Assembly: GCF_048593235.1 (NCBI RefSeq)
Contig: NC_133617.1
Span: 137,786,937-137,850,936, forward strand
DNA: 64,000 bases
DNA from: Sminthopsis crassicaudata
Lineage: Eukaryota
Direction: 5' to 3'
Part shown: piece after piece, positions 11,304 to 21,889 of the stretch
Layout of the letters: the number at the start of each line of letters is the position of its first letter
Numbering within the stretch: position 1 is the stretch's first letter
Notes under the pieces: model-generated
The model's database searches: none
What the model saw: the letters and a program-made list of their open reading frames with translations, nothing else
What the model was told of the DNA's origin: nothing
Program-made: the position numbers and the translations under genes

Positions 11304-11322
11304 TAACCAGCGGGTGGCGCTA
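11304..11322 (+). promoter_or_regulatory. CTCF-like motif
   Basis: TAACCAGCGGGTGGCGCTA has one core mismatch and the same orientation as the 10824 site. Confidence 0.55.
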
Positions 11323-12036
11323 AGGGGTCAGTTTCTATGAGCCAGCAGAGGAAGGTGGGGCTGAGTCTGAGGACTCCCCCGGGAGGATGTGTGTGTGTCT
11401 GTCAGTCACAGCACCCCCACACGCAGGCCCACCTGTTCCCGTCTCCTTCCTCTCCCTTCCCCAGGCCTTCAACACTCCTCCACTCCGCGGGGTGCTGCGG
11501 GGGTGAGAAGAATGAGTCCTGAAACATAGTTTGCAATGAATCCGGGGGGAGGGCGACAGTCTGGAGCTTCAAAACCGAGGAGAGCGAGCTGGGGCCAAGG
11601 AGGGGGGAGGAAGGAGGAGCTGCAGCCCCGCCGGAACACCTGGTGCTCTCCGGGGCCTCCCAGGTAACCGAGGTTAATTGGAGTGTAGGAGGCCTCCTTC
11701 CCACCCTTCCTTCCTCTCCATCTCCTCCCCCTCCTCTTCATTCTCATATTTATCTGGAGACAAAGTCCTGTTTTCTCAGCATGGCTTTCAAGGGGAGAAA
11801 TCCTAAGGCTTTGTAGGGGAGTAGGATTTTTTTTTTAATTCTCATTTCCTTTTCTCAGTGGGAAGACGCCTGGGCTCAGATTCCGAGGTTGTGCTGTCCA
11901 AGGAACTCTAGGTGGGGTGGGAGGTGGGATGCTAGGAAGAAGTATTCAGTTTCCTTCCTGCCCCTTTGCCTCTTCCCCCTTCCCAGGAGCATTCGTTTCC
12001 CTATGGCTTTCTCATTGCAGATTAAAATGTGATTCA

Positions 12037-12246
12037 GTGTTGTTCAGTCATGTTTGGCTCTTTGTAGTTCCTTAGCAAAAATACTGGAGTCATTTGCCAT
12101 TTCCTTCTCCAGCTCACTTTACAGAAGAGGAAACTGAGGCAGACAGGGTTAAGTGATTTCCCCAGGGTCACAGCCAGATTTGAATTCAAAAAGATGTCTT
12201 CCTGGCTCCAAGCCCAGCACTACCCACTACATCATCTAACTTCCCC
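12037..12246 (-). mobile_element. MAR1 SINE
   Basis: gttgttcagtcatg...ccatttccttctccagctcactttacag..gaggaaactgaggca is the antisense MAR1 tail and CORE. Confidence 0.8.
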
Positions 12247-12289
12247 CCAAATGTAATAAATGAGGAAAGGGCCAAATTTGGAAGCAGAG

Positions 12290-12620
12290 AAGGTGGGTTC
12301 AAATACTGACTGCTGCTGGTCACTTGTGTGGCTGTAAATAAATCACTGTATTAATCTGGGCATCATCAGTTCCCATATCTGCAAAATGAAGACACCTACT
12401 TACCTGCATGGGTCTGGACACTGTACTAAGCACGCAACAAATATCATCTGATTTGATGCTCACAGCCACCCTGAAAGATAAAGATGAGGAAACTGGGGCA
12501 AACAGAGACTGTTGACTTGCCCAGCATCACAGAGCTAGTAAATGTTTGAGAAGAGATTTGAACACAGGTCTTTCTGCTCCACGCCTGGCACTCTGTCCAT
12601 TGTACCACCTACCTGCTAAA
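12290..12620. mobile_element. Two MIR fragments (+ then -)
   Basis: MIR core motifs (catatctgcaaaatga; gatgaggaaactgggg...gacttgccca). Confidence 0.65.
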
Positions 12621-15600
12621 TTGAATGAAAGCATTTATTGAGTATTTACTTGCTGGACACTAAAAAAGCTGGGTATAGAACTGATGCTGAATGAGCAAGT
12701 TACACAATAACAGCAAGAATATACAATGATTAGCTATGAAAGACTTGGTTCTTTTCAGTGGTTCAGTCTCCAATAGACTTTGGATAGAAATGCCATCTGC
12801 ATCCAGATTGAAAGTAAAATACATGAAAAGTTCACTTCTTTTTTTTTTCTCCTGTGGTTTCTCCCTTTTGCTCTGACTTCTCTCTCCCAAATGATTCAGA
12901 AAGCAATGTGTATTAAAAATAGTGGTAGAAAAAAATTAAAAAGCTGAGTATACAAATAAAAGCAAGAATTCAGACATTGTCCTTAAGAAGCTTATATACT
13001 AATGAAAGAAGAAAATACATAAAGGAAAGTTGAAATGCATTAGGAGTGAAGAGGGTCCCAACTGGAGAAGGCAGAAAATTAATCCAGAGAATCAAAAGCT
13101 GAGCCAGGTTAGAAGTGAGTATGGCTGATGTGGGTCCTTCCTCAAATGTAGGTACTTGTGAGGATCTCACCAGAGGATATAAGATACTCTTCCCTGCAAA
13201 GGGATGAACATGAAGGACAAAGAATAAAAAGAAGGGAGTAACAGAAGAGCTGAGACACATATTGAGTGTCAGTGATTCTTCCCCATGTTATTAATAAGAG
13301 TCAGTAGCAAAAGTAGAAATTCTGCCCTCCTTCAAAAGTCATAATCCTCACTGGATCATCTGTGGATGAATAAATCCCACAAAAGTTAGCTATTTCAATC
13401 TGAGCAACATAAAAAATAATGCAAAGGCAATAGGACATCAACATCAATTATAAGCCTGAACAGACACAATGAATGAGGTATATTTGGACAGGAAAACTTG
13501 TTCCTACCTACTAATAGAATTCAATAGACATATAATAGTATATGGCAATTCACTGTGGCATCCAACATCCAACACTTCTCTCTCAGGACTGGCTTACTCA
13601 CCCCAATCTGCATTTAGGCGTGAATTTATTTTCCCTTCCCATCTATCTTTACCTTGCAGAAAGTAAGGAAAATATTTACAAAGCAAGAATAAGGATAACA
13701 TAATATTTTCTAAATAGAAGTGAAAATTATCAAACATAATAGTCTATCCATAAATCTTGGTCATATTCTCTTACCTTTTCACACACTCATGGAGTAAGGA
13801 GAGAAGTTACAAAGAGAAACATAGCAATAATGCTATGTTAGTATGTATAAGGAATACGAATTGTTACCACATGCAATAGATTAGTCATGACTTTGTACTG
13901 TAGCTTGGACATCTGTAGTGTTTTTAGAGAACACTCTACCCCACACATCACCTGCTGACTGAGACAGACCTCTACTATTATCTTGTTAGATAAAGCCATG
14001 TCTCTGCTAGTCTTGGGTTATAGTAGAAGTGTTAAACTCTTAGCCTTAAGGCTAGAGTCTCTCAATTCTGATTCCTTAGCTAAAAGAAAAGGCAGCATGT
14101 CATTCTTTCAAGAAATTCTGATTAGTCTGAGGATCTAAAAACTACTTTGGTTTTGCTCTTTCTAGGCTTTGAGTAATTTTCTCTCTCTCAAGATATAAAA
14201 AGAAGGAAAGAACAGTAAGGGCAAATTTTTGAGGGGTTTCTCCTGCCAAGTTAGAGATTGAACTTGGTTCTAAAAAATATTTTGAGAATTGATTTACTTT
14301 GAAATCCTATGTATCTTTTTTATAAGCATTTAAAAATAATATTCTGGGAAGAGGTTTATAGGTTTCACTAAATTTATCTAAAGGACCATGACACAAAGAT
14401 TAGGAATTCCAGTTTGGAATCACTCTAAATAGTGAAGTTATCTTTCTTCCAGTCAGTACTTCTACAGAGATGATACTTTTTTGTTCTAATCAGTTTTTTC
14501 AAATAACAAAGTTTTTTACCAATCACATCAGCTCTCCACAGCAACAATAGTGCTTCTCAATCAGACATGCTCAGCTCCCATCAACCTCTCAGATTCTGCA
14601 GCTTTCTTTGCCTTCCATAAGCTTGTGTTTTTTTTTTTTTCTTCTTCTATCTTCTAATGTTTCTTCTCTATAAGCAGGTTCTCTTGAAGGCTTCTGTGAT
14701 CTCTCTCCTGTGATGTTTCTTTGATTGCTTACTCCTAGCTTTTATCTGGCTTCAAATATCTCAAATCAGGGTCATTTTATGTGTAATGACCTATCTTCAA
14801 CTTGGATTAAGAAATCTCCAAAAACATTTCAGTCAGAAGACACAAATAATTGTTATAAAATAGTATCACAATCCTCAAACAATTCTTTGAAAGTTTTCTA
14901 GCAATAAACTCCAAAATGAAAGTCACATATGAAGCCATATCTTTAATTTCTGATCTACTCAGAAGATCTACTGTCAAGCACTTTTGTCTGAAATTCTGCT
15001 CTTAGCCCAGTCTGTCTCTCTCCTTAAGTTTTTTTTTCAGTGTTTCACATAACATATCCATTTTGTGTCCCTTTAAGCAAATAAAATGCTTACTTAAGGA
15101 GCTATACATTATATATTTATTACAAGCGTAGCAGACACAATAAACAAGGTATATTTGGAGATGAAACTTCTGGCTTTTTCTTCCAATGGAGTTCTGCTTG
15201 GCCCTAAATACAACTTTTAGGTCTGTTCCCAAGGCCAATGATTTTTGGGAACCAAACTGTTTTCTTCCTAGAAATAAATACTAGGCTTGGTCATCAATCT
15301 AATGCCTTACTCTCCATTTGAAAGTATCAGTTCAGAGAAACATAATTGGAGATTTGCCAAAGTCTCCTTAGAATTTTTCCTCATCTGGCATTCCCAGGGC
15401 TAAGGCCACTGAGGGCTTATGCCCTTAAAAATTGTGAATCCAGAGATGATTGATTTAGAATCAACAAGTAAAGCTACTTTTATTAGCCTCCCTATCAACT
15501 AGACCTCCTATCTGGTTATAAATTCACAGAACCATCAGACAGGCTGAGCTAGTAAAGTCTCTTAAAAGAGAACTCACTCTTATGTTTTCTCAGGAATGGC

Positions 15601-15744
15601 TGGTTCAGAGATTTCCCCTTCTCATTTATCTTTCCGTGCATAAAGTAAGGAAGATTTCTATTTATCTTCTTAGGGAAAAAAATATTGCTCAGGAAAAAAA
15701 ATCCACCAAACAAAGTTTTTACTTCTATCTATCATTTTTGTGTT

Positions 15745-15980
15745 AGAAGGCGATGGTTATTTAACAAAGGATTGCATCTGGAGTCCAAAGAGCTAGTTTC
15801 TGATATTGGCTGTACAATAACCAGTTTATGTATCCTTGGGCAAATCGCATAACTTGAGAACATATGCTTAATTCTCTATGAAATGGCCATAATGACTCTT
15901 CTCACACTCATAATAATCTTGTGAGAATCAAATGAGATAATCTCTGCAATGTCCTATATAAAAGACATTATTATTATTGT
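15745..15980 (+). mobile_element. MIR SINE
   Basis: ctggagtccaaagagct...ccttgggcaaatc...tctatgaaatgg...tgtgagaatcaaatgagata. Confidence 0.7.
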
Positions 15981-16159
15981 TATCGAGTGTGGCCAGGTCC
16001 CGAGGGAGGTGGTTGAATGACTTGTCTAAATATCTAAGACAGGTCAAATCAGTGCGTTATAAGGGATGACTCTCTGGGAGGAAAAGAGGACGAGGGGAAA
16101 TCTAAATAATGTAAAAACAAAACGTATCAATTAAAACCTAATTTAAAATAACAGAAAAG

Positions 16160-18020
16160 GCCTGGGAGTTGCCCGGAATCGGGATGATCTGAGTGCCTGG
16201 GGACTGATGGGAAGGGCTGGCACAGGGGTGGATTTTGTGATGTCAGTTCTGGCTGGGGACGCAAGCCCTTCGTCAAGGCTTCTAGCCGCAGCCTTGCTCC
16301 TTGAGCACATTTTGCTAGTTGTGGTACATGGTAAGTCTGACAAAAAATCGATCACTCGAACCCTCTGCTGACCTTCCCAAGTAAGGTCTCTCTGCGCGAT
16401 CGCCCTCTCCCGATAGGGGTGCGACAGATCAGAGTTCAAGATGGCAGCCCGAGTGGCATAGAGCCCGTGGGGGGGAGGGGAAAGTCACCGCGTGGAGCGC
16501 GCCTGGTTTCTTTGCCTTAACTGAATTGTGTTGAATTCAGGCCACGGCGCTGAAGCAGCTTTGCTCAAAGGAGAGCAGCCCCTGCCAAGGGGCACAGATT
16601 TAGTGATGTTTAAGGGAGTCAGGATCCCTGCTGCTTGAAGTTGGAACTTCTCCTGCACCTGAGAAGAGTGCACGACCTGCTCCTAGCACCCTCTTGACGC
16701 AATCTCAAGAAATCCTTAAGGGAATAAGTGCCTCCCTGCTTAAGGGAGTTACTTTGAGTGCACGGTTCCTCGGATAACTGAACGGAGGTAGTGATTGTGA
16801 GGGAAGCTCCCCTCCCCCTCCCCCAGACAGGTCTGACTGTACTTTCCCCAGACATTAAGTCGAGATCAGGGGCCCCCAGAGGCCTCCCCTCTCTCCCCCG
16901 GGCAGCCTCGGGCGGGCGGTTCCAGCACGCATTTCCTCCTTTTGTTTTCTCCGTGCCTCCTCCGGCGGGTGCTGGGTTACCAGAGGCCGCCGGACCTACA
17001 CCCTTCCCGCGGAGACCTTTTCCCTTGTGGGTTCTCAGCAGGAAAGCGAACCCGGGGGGAGGGAGGGGAGGGCTTGCTGAGCGGCTGCGGCGCTTCCCAG
17101 TCCCAGGTCCCTCAAATGTCCCCCTTTTCCTTCAAACTTCTCGTCTCCCCGCTCCTGCCCCCCGGCCGTCCCCCGACACCCCCACACCCGCAGACAGCTC
17201 TGCGCCCAGCTTTCTGATGAGTCAGCAGAAACACCGGTGGCTCCTGCCATCTGTTCGGATGACGCACCGTGAGTCACGGCCTACAGAGGAGCCACACCAA
17301 GCCCCAGCCCCCGCCTGGTTCCCAGAGTCTTTCCGAGAGGAGAAGGGTGGGGAGCTTGGCCGCCGCCTCTCCCCTCCCCTACCCCTTCCCCCCCCATTCC
17401 GCCCCCGGCACTCCTCCCCTCCTCCCCGCGCCTTCCCCCGCTCCTCCTTCTCCCTCCTCCTCCCCTCCCGATGGCCGGTCTCCAAACTGACATCAGCCCC
17501 TGGCCGCCCATCTGCCCTCTGAGTCAACAGTTTCCGAAGCTGTGCCGGCTGGCAGGCCTGGGAGGAAAAGCTGCCCAAATGCCGCGGTGGGGGAGGGCGG
17601 GAGGGCGTGGGCGGTGGGAAGGGCAGAGCTGGGAGGCTTTACCAGAAGGCCCGGGGGGGGGGGGGGCGGGGAGGGAGGCTGGGTAGACACCTCCTGCAGA
17701 AACCTAACCTGGCCCGGGCTTAAGATGAGAGAGACACCTCCCCCGTCCCTGCAGCCTCAGATCCAGAGCCCCGGCCGCACCTTAGGTCAGGGTCACTGGT
17801 GGCGGGACGGAGGGAGGGGGTCTCTGAGGTCGGGCCAGGATTGAAAGGGGCGAGCTCTGAAGTCAGGATTCTGGGAGGAGAAGAACTGGAGGTCCCCAAC
17901 ACTGATCAGATTTGGCCGCAGGTTAGCGGCCTTTTTCTCTGGAGACCGCAGCATCCTTCCTGAAACTCCACCCAGTGTGACTTGGAAGGTGGGGGTTTGC
18001 CCGTCCCGCTTGGTGGTCCT
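16160..18020. promoter_or_regulatory. CpG island 2, promoter/enhancer-like
   Basis: High GC and CpG. YY1-like CAAGATGGCAGCC at 16437-16449. TGAGTCA at 17218, 17270 and 17520. G4-type runs. Strong donor ATG|GTAAGT at 16330/16331. Confidence 0.8.
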
Positions 18021-18399
18021 TGGACCTGGAGTGACGCCAATGTCTAACTGCCTTTCTCCAAAAGCTCAGGTTGCTGCACTACAGACTGTGCTGGCCTGGA
18101 AGGGGCCTATTCCATCCTCAACTGATAAATAATTTCTCTCTAGTTGGTTGTCTACAATGCAATCTGCTAAAGAATCACGCAAGTGAATTATTAATCTAGC
18201 TTGGCATCTGAGGGGAGATTTCAAGGAGTGGAGGACAAAGGGAGTCCAAGAGAGCAAGTGAAGGGATGTTCAGACCCTCTATGGTTCATCCTTCTCCCCT
18301 TTTCTATATTAAAAAAAAAAAACAAAACTGCCTACTACAGAGGTTAGGTTGGAATCCCCTGAGGGAAAAAAATGTTGTTTTGGAGAAGATGCAGTTGAA

Positions 18400-18560
18400 G
18401 AGAAAGGAATGAGAAAGGGGAGAGAAGAAGGAAGGGAGAAAAGAAAAAAGAAAGGAAAGGAAAGAAGGAATAGAGGGGAAATGAAAGAATAGAGAGGAGG
18501 AAAGGAGGAAGGAAGAGAAGAAGAAAGGGAGGAATGAGAGATAATTTTGAAAAGAAGAAC
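18400..18560. repeat. GA-rich low-complexity purine tract
   Basis: Almost pure A/G for ~160 bp. Confidence 0.85.
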
Positions 18561-18639
18561 ATAAACTTAACTAAATTACAATTTTGCTAGACTTCAGATT
18601 CTTCACCTGTTTAAGATGAGAAATGTGGGCTTTTTATTA

Positions 18640-18840
18640 TCTAGGGAAGGAATATTCAGCTCAGGGTATTTATCTTCCTGAATTCAAATCTGGCCTCAGA
18701 CATGAGTTCTGAGACCCTGGATAAGTCACTTAATTCTGCCGCAGTTTCTTCTTATGCAGCCGATTCCAATATCTTTGCCAAGAAAATCCCAAATAGTGTC
18801 ACAAAGAATTGGACATAACTGAAAACACTGACCACGCACA
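18640..18840 (+). mobile_element. MAR1 SINE
   Basis: ttcaaatctggcctcagaca...tatctttgccaagaaaatcccaaat...ggacataactgaa. Confidence 0.75.
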
Positions 18841-19074
18841 ATGGTACAAGACCTAGGGTAATAGGTCTTCCTACAGGACCTGGGACCTGACTTAGGGTCA
18901 CCTTCAGCTATAAAATTCTATAATACGCCAGTAACTTCACCCCAAAAGTTCACTCTAACCCTTCACTCTATGCACTACAAATACTCTTCACCTCTATCTT
19001 CTTTCTCCAATCACTTGATTCTTTCCAGACCTCCCATTTTAAAGGAGGTTCCATATATTCAATTCCTCTTCAAG

Positions 19075-19342
19075 CCTTACCTAGCCTTAATCGCCAGTTG
19101 GGCATTGTCTCAGTTACACTGAGACTTGCTAAGGACCTTAGCTTTAAAAGGTCCAAGTCTCCCACTGCATCCAGGCCATCTGGATAGCCTAGTTCTGGCC
19201 TATATGGCGACTGGACCCAGATGCCTCTGGGGAAGAAAGTGAGGCAGATGACTGAAATCCCTCACTGAAATCCAATTCACTTGTATGTCATGGCATCACC
19301 TTCCTGATGTCATGGTCACCTTCGAGAATGAAGGACAAACAG
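19075..19342 (+). mobile_element. RTE-mobilised marsupial SINE (WALLSI/RTESINE-like)
   Basis: Ends in tccaattcacttgtatgtcatggcatcacc...gagaatgaaggacaaaca. The same family occurs in antisense at 33972-34440 and partially at ~61600-61810. Confidence 0.65.
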
Positions 19343-19640
19343 TAGCTACAGCTTCTCCAAGCTGTGTCCCAGAGTCTCCTGGATTTTCTTGATCCTTCCC
19401 CTACTTTTTCTACCTCTGTGCTCTATCTACATATTTTCCCCAGTTTTTTTTTGGGGGGGGGCTTTATATTATGTGTTGGCTTCCTCCATTATAATGAAAA
19501 GACCGGGAGTATGGGACTTTCTTTTGCTTCAATTTATGTCTTCAGAATTTAATAATAAGCTTGTTGACTTGTGGATTTACTTACTAGAGCAGGGAAGGAC
19601 TATTGAATGAAGCTATGTGATCTTGAGAATACTCACTTAT

Positions 19641-19803
19641 GGGGCAGCTAGGTGGTGCAGTGGATAGAGCACCAGCCTTGAATTCAGGAGGACCCGAGTT
19701 CAAATGTGGCTTCAGACACTTAACACTTCCTAGCTGTGTGACCCTGGGCAAGTCACTTAACCCCAGCTTCAGGGGGGTGGGGGGGGTGGGGAGGGGGAGG
19801 AAA
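19641..19803 (+). mobile_element. WSINE1-like SINE with G-rich tail
   Basis: Full body. 16-bp TSD gagaatactcacttat at 19625-19640 and 19804-19819. Confidence 0.9.
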
Positions 19804-20964
19804 GAGAATACTCACTTATTCCATTCAATTGAACAACTATTTACTAGGTGCTTACTTTGTGAACACAACCATGTTAAGAACTAAAAACACAAAGACAAAG
19901 CTGAAACTGTCCCTGATCTTAAGGCACTTAAATACTCCTGGAATGATAAATGGGCTTCTTTTTGTTTTTAGAAAGAGTCTCTGTATCTCACTCAGACTGA
20001 AAGTGCACTGGCCACTCACAGACCAATCCCACTAATGATAAGTATGGCCAGTTAGTCAGCTAATAAGTATTAAGCACCTGCTGTATGCCAAGCACTGTAC
20101 TAAGCAGCCAGGGATGCAAATTCAAAAATGATAGTTCATCTGATGGGGGAAGACAATACATGGAAGAAAACTGGAAAATGATGGAAGAGAGAAGGTACTC
20201 TCTTTATGGGAGAGACATGATGAAGAAATCCAAGAGTATTGCCAGATCACTAGCCTTGGTTCCCTCCTTAAAAGGAAATTAGGGGAGGAGCTCATTGCCA
20301 CAACTTCTAAATGGAAGAACAGAAGGTATTGTAAAGGTGTGAGTAGAACTGATGAAATCTTTCAGGATGATGAACAGTGTGATGGAAAAGAGTACAGGGA
20401 GGGGGGAAATGGGAGCTTTGGCTATCTGTTTTCAACTTGTTTTGATTCAATACCTCTTGTATCCTCTTGGTCCCTTATATTCATCATCTTGGTATCTGAC
20501 TTGGTGTGAACACCGAACAGTTTAGCACATGGTGACTCAGAACACACAATCTCTGTCAGTCTCCCTAGTAGAAGGGATTATAGTCATGGCCCATCCTATT
20601 ATCTCATTGGATACTTACTATAATCCTCTGAGATGGATATCTACAAACCTTATTATTCCCATTTTATAAATGAGGAAACTGATTAGAAGGTAAAGTGTTT
20701 TTTCTCATGGTCATCCATTTAGTAAGTATGAGAAGTAATGTTTGAATCCATGTCTTTCTGTCCTAAACTATGCTACCTCAAAGAGAATGTAGATCAAGAA
20801 AAAGCCCATTGGATGGATCCAATAAGATACTGTTTGTAAGAGTCATTTCATTAGGGCAATGTAGTCATAATCTAGATTGCAAGGGATTATGAAATGAGTG
20901 AGTGATGGTGCCTGAATTAATATAACTCCTACTTCTTTGTGACTTTTAGGTTTATGCATTGAAA

Positions 20965-21320
20965 GATGACTCAGGCCAATTCCAATAGACTTGTAATGGA
21001 GAGAGCCATCTGCACCCAGAGAGAGGATTGTGGGGACTGAGCGAGGATCACAACATATTTTTACCTTTTTTGTTGTTCACTTGCTTTTTGTTTTCTTTCC
21101 CATTTTTTCCCCTTTTTGATCTGATTTTTCTTGTGCAGCATAATAAATGTAGAAATATGTATAGAAAAATTGCACGTTTAACATATTTGATTACTTGCTA
21201 TTTAGGAGAGGGGTAGGAAGAAGGGAGGAAGAAAAATTTGGAATACAAGATTTTACAGGGTGAATATTGAAAACTATCTTTGCATATATTTTGAAAATAA
21301 AAAGCTATTACTAAAAAAAA
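20965..21320 (+). mobile_element. L1 3' end
   Basis: ggccaattccaatagacttg..gagagagccatctgcacccagagagag...aataaaaag-A tail. Confidence 0.8.
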
Positions 21321-21889
21321 CCCCAAAATCATACAGTCACCAAAAATTTTTGATATTAAAAAGATGAAACCTAAAAAAAAGATTTATACATTGAATCTGT
21401 CACTATTTTTCAGATGATGTTCTTAAAGATGTAGTATCTCAGGAGCAGATGGTTCATTTTCAAACCATGGCAGGATGACCAACAATATTGTATGAGGGAT
21501 TCTTATCCTGCTACAGATTGCTATAGGGCTAAGGCTTAAATTTAGGCCTTCTCTCCCTCCAATCCAGCCTCTCTTCACTAGACCATACTGCCTCTGAAAT
21601 GATTTTAAACCATTATTAAAAGTAGGGGAAAAAAGGGGAATTTTTCACTTAATAATTGATAAGCACATTCTTGGTCATTCCCCATACCCTTCAGTAATTC
21701 TGAACTTGTGTAGTTTGTCATTCAAACCCTATTCTCCATCCTTATTCCTTATTCCCATTCTCCTCAAACTACTCATTCCAAAGTCCCAACCAAATACTAC
21801 CTACTCCTTCCATTAAGTCCTATAGAATTCTGATCCATAGATAGCAAATCTGATTTAATTGTAAATCCTTTTGTTTCCCACTCTTTCCA

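Larger units (their letters stand above)
10720..11680. promoter_or_regulatory. CpG island 1, promoter-like
   Basis: Dense CpG in an otherwise CpG-depleted window. Palindromic CRE TGACGTCA at 11182-11189, two CTCF-like motifs, and candidate donor CAG|GTAACC at 11663/11664. Confidence 0.7.

Noticed and set aside
16340-16460. Possible minus-strand Pol III gene (GGTTCGAGTG followed by TTTTTT)
   Set aside because: The B-box is imperfect, there is no convincing A-box and no tRNA/vault/Y-like fold; likely chance within a CpG island.
16791-17522. 243-aa ORF (and overlapping ORFs) in CpG island 2
   Set aside because: Pro/Arg/Gly/Ala-rich with no domain. Long open frames are expected in GC-rich, stop-poor DNA, and several frames on both strands are open.
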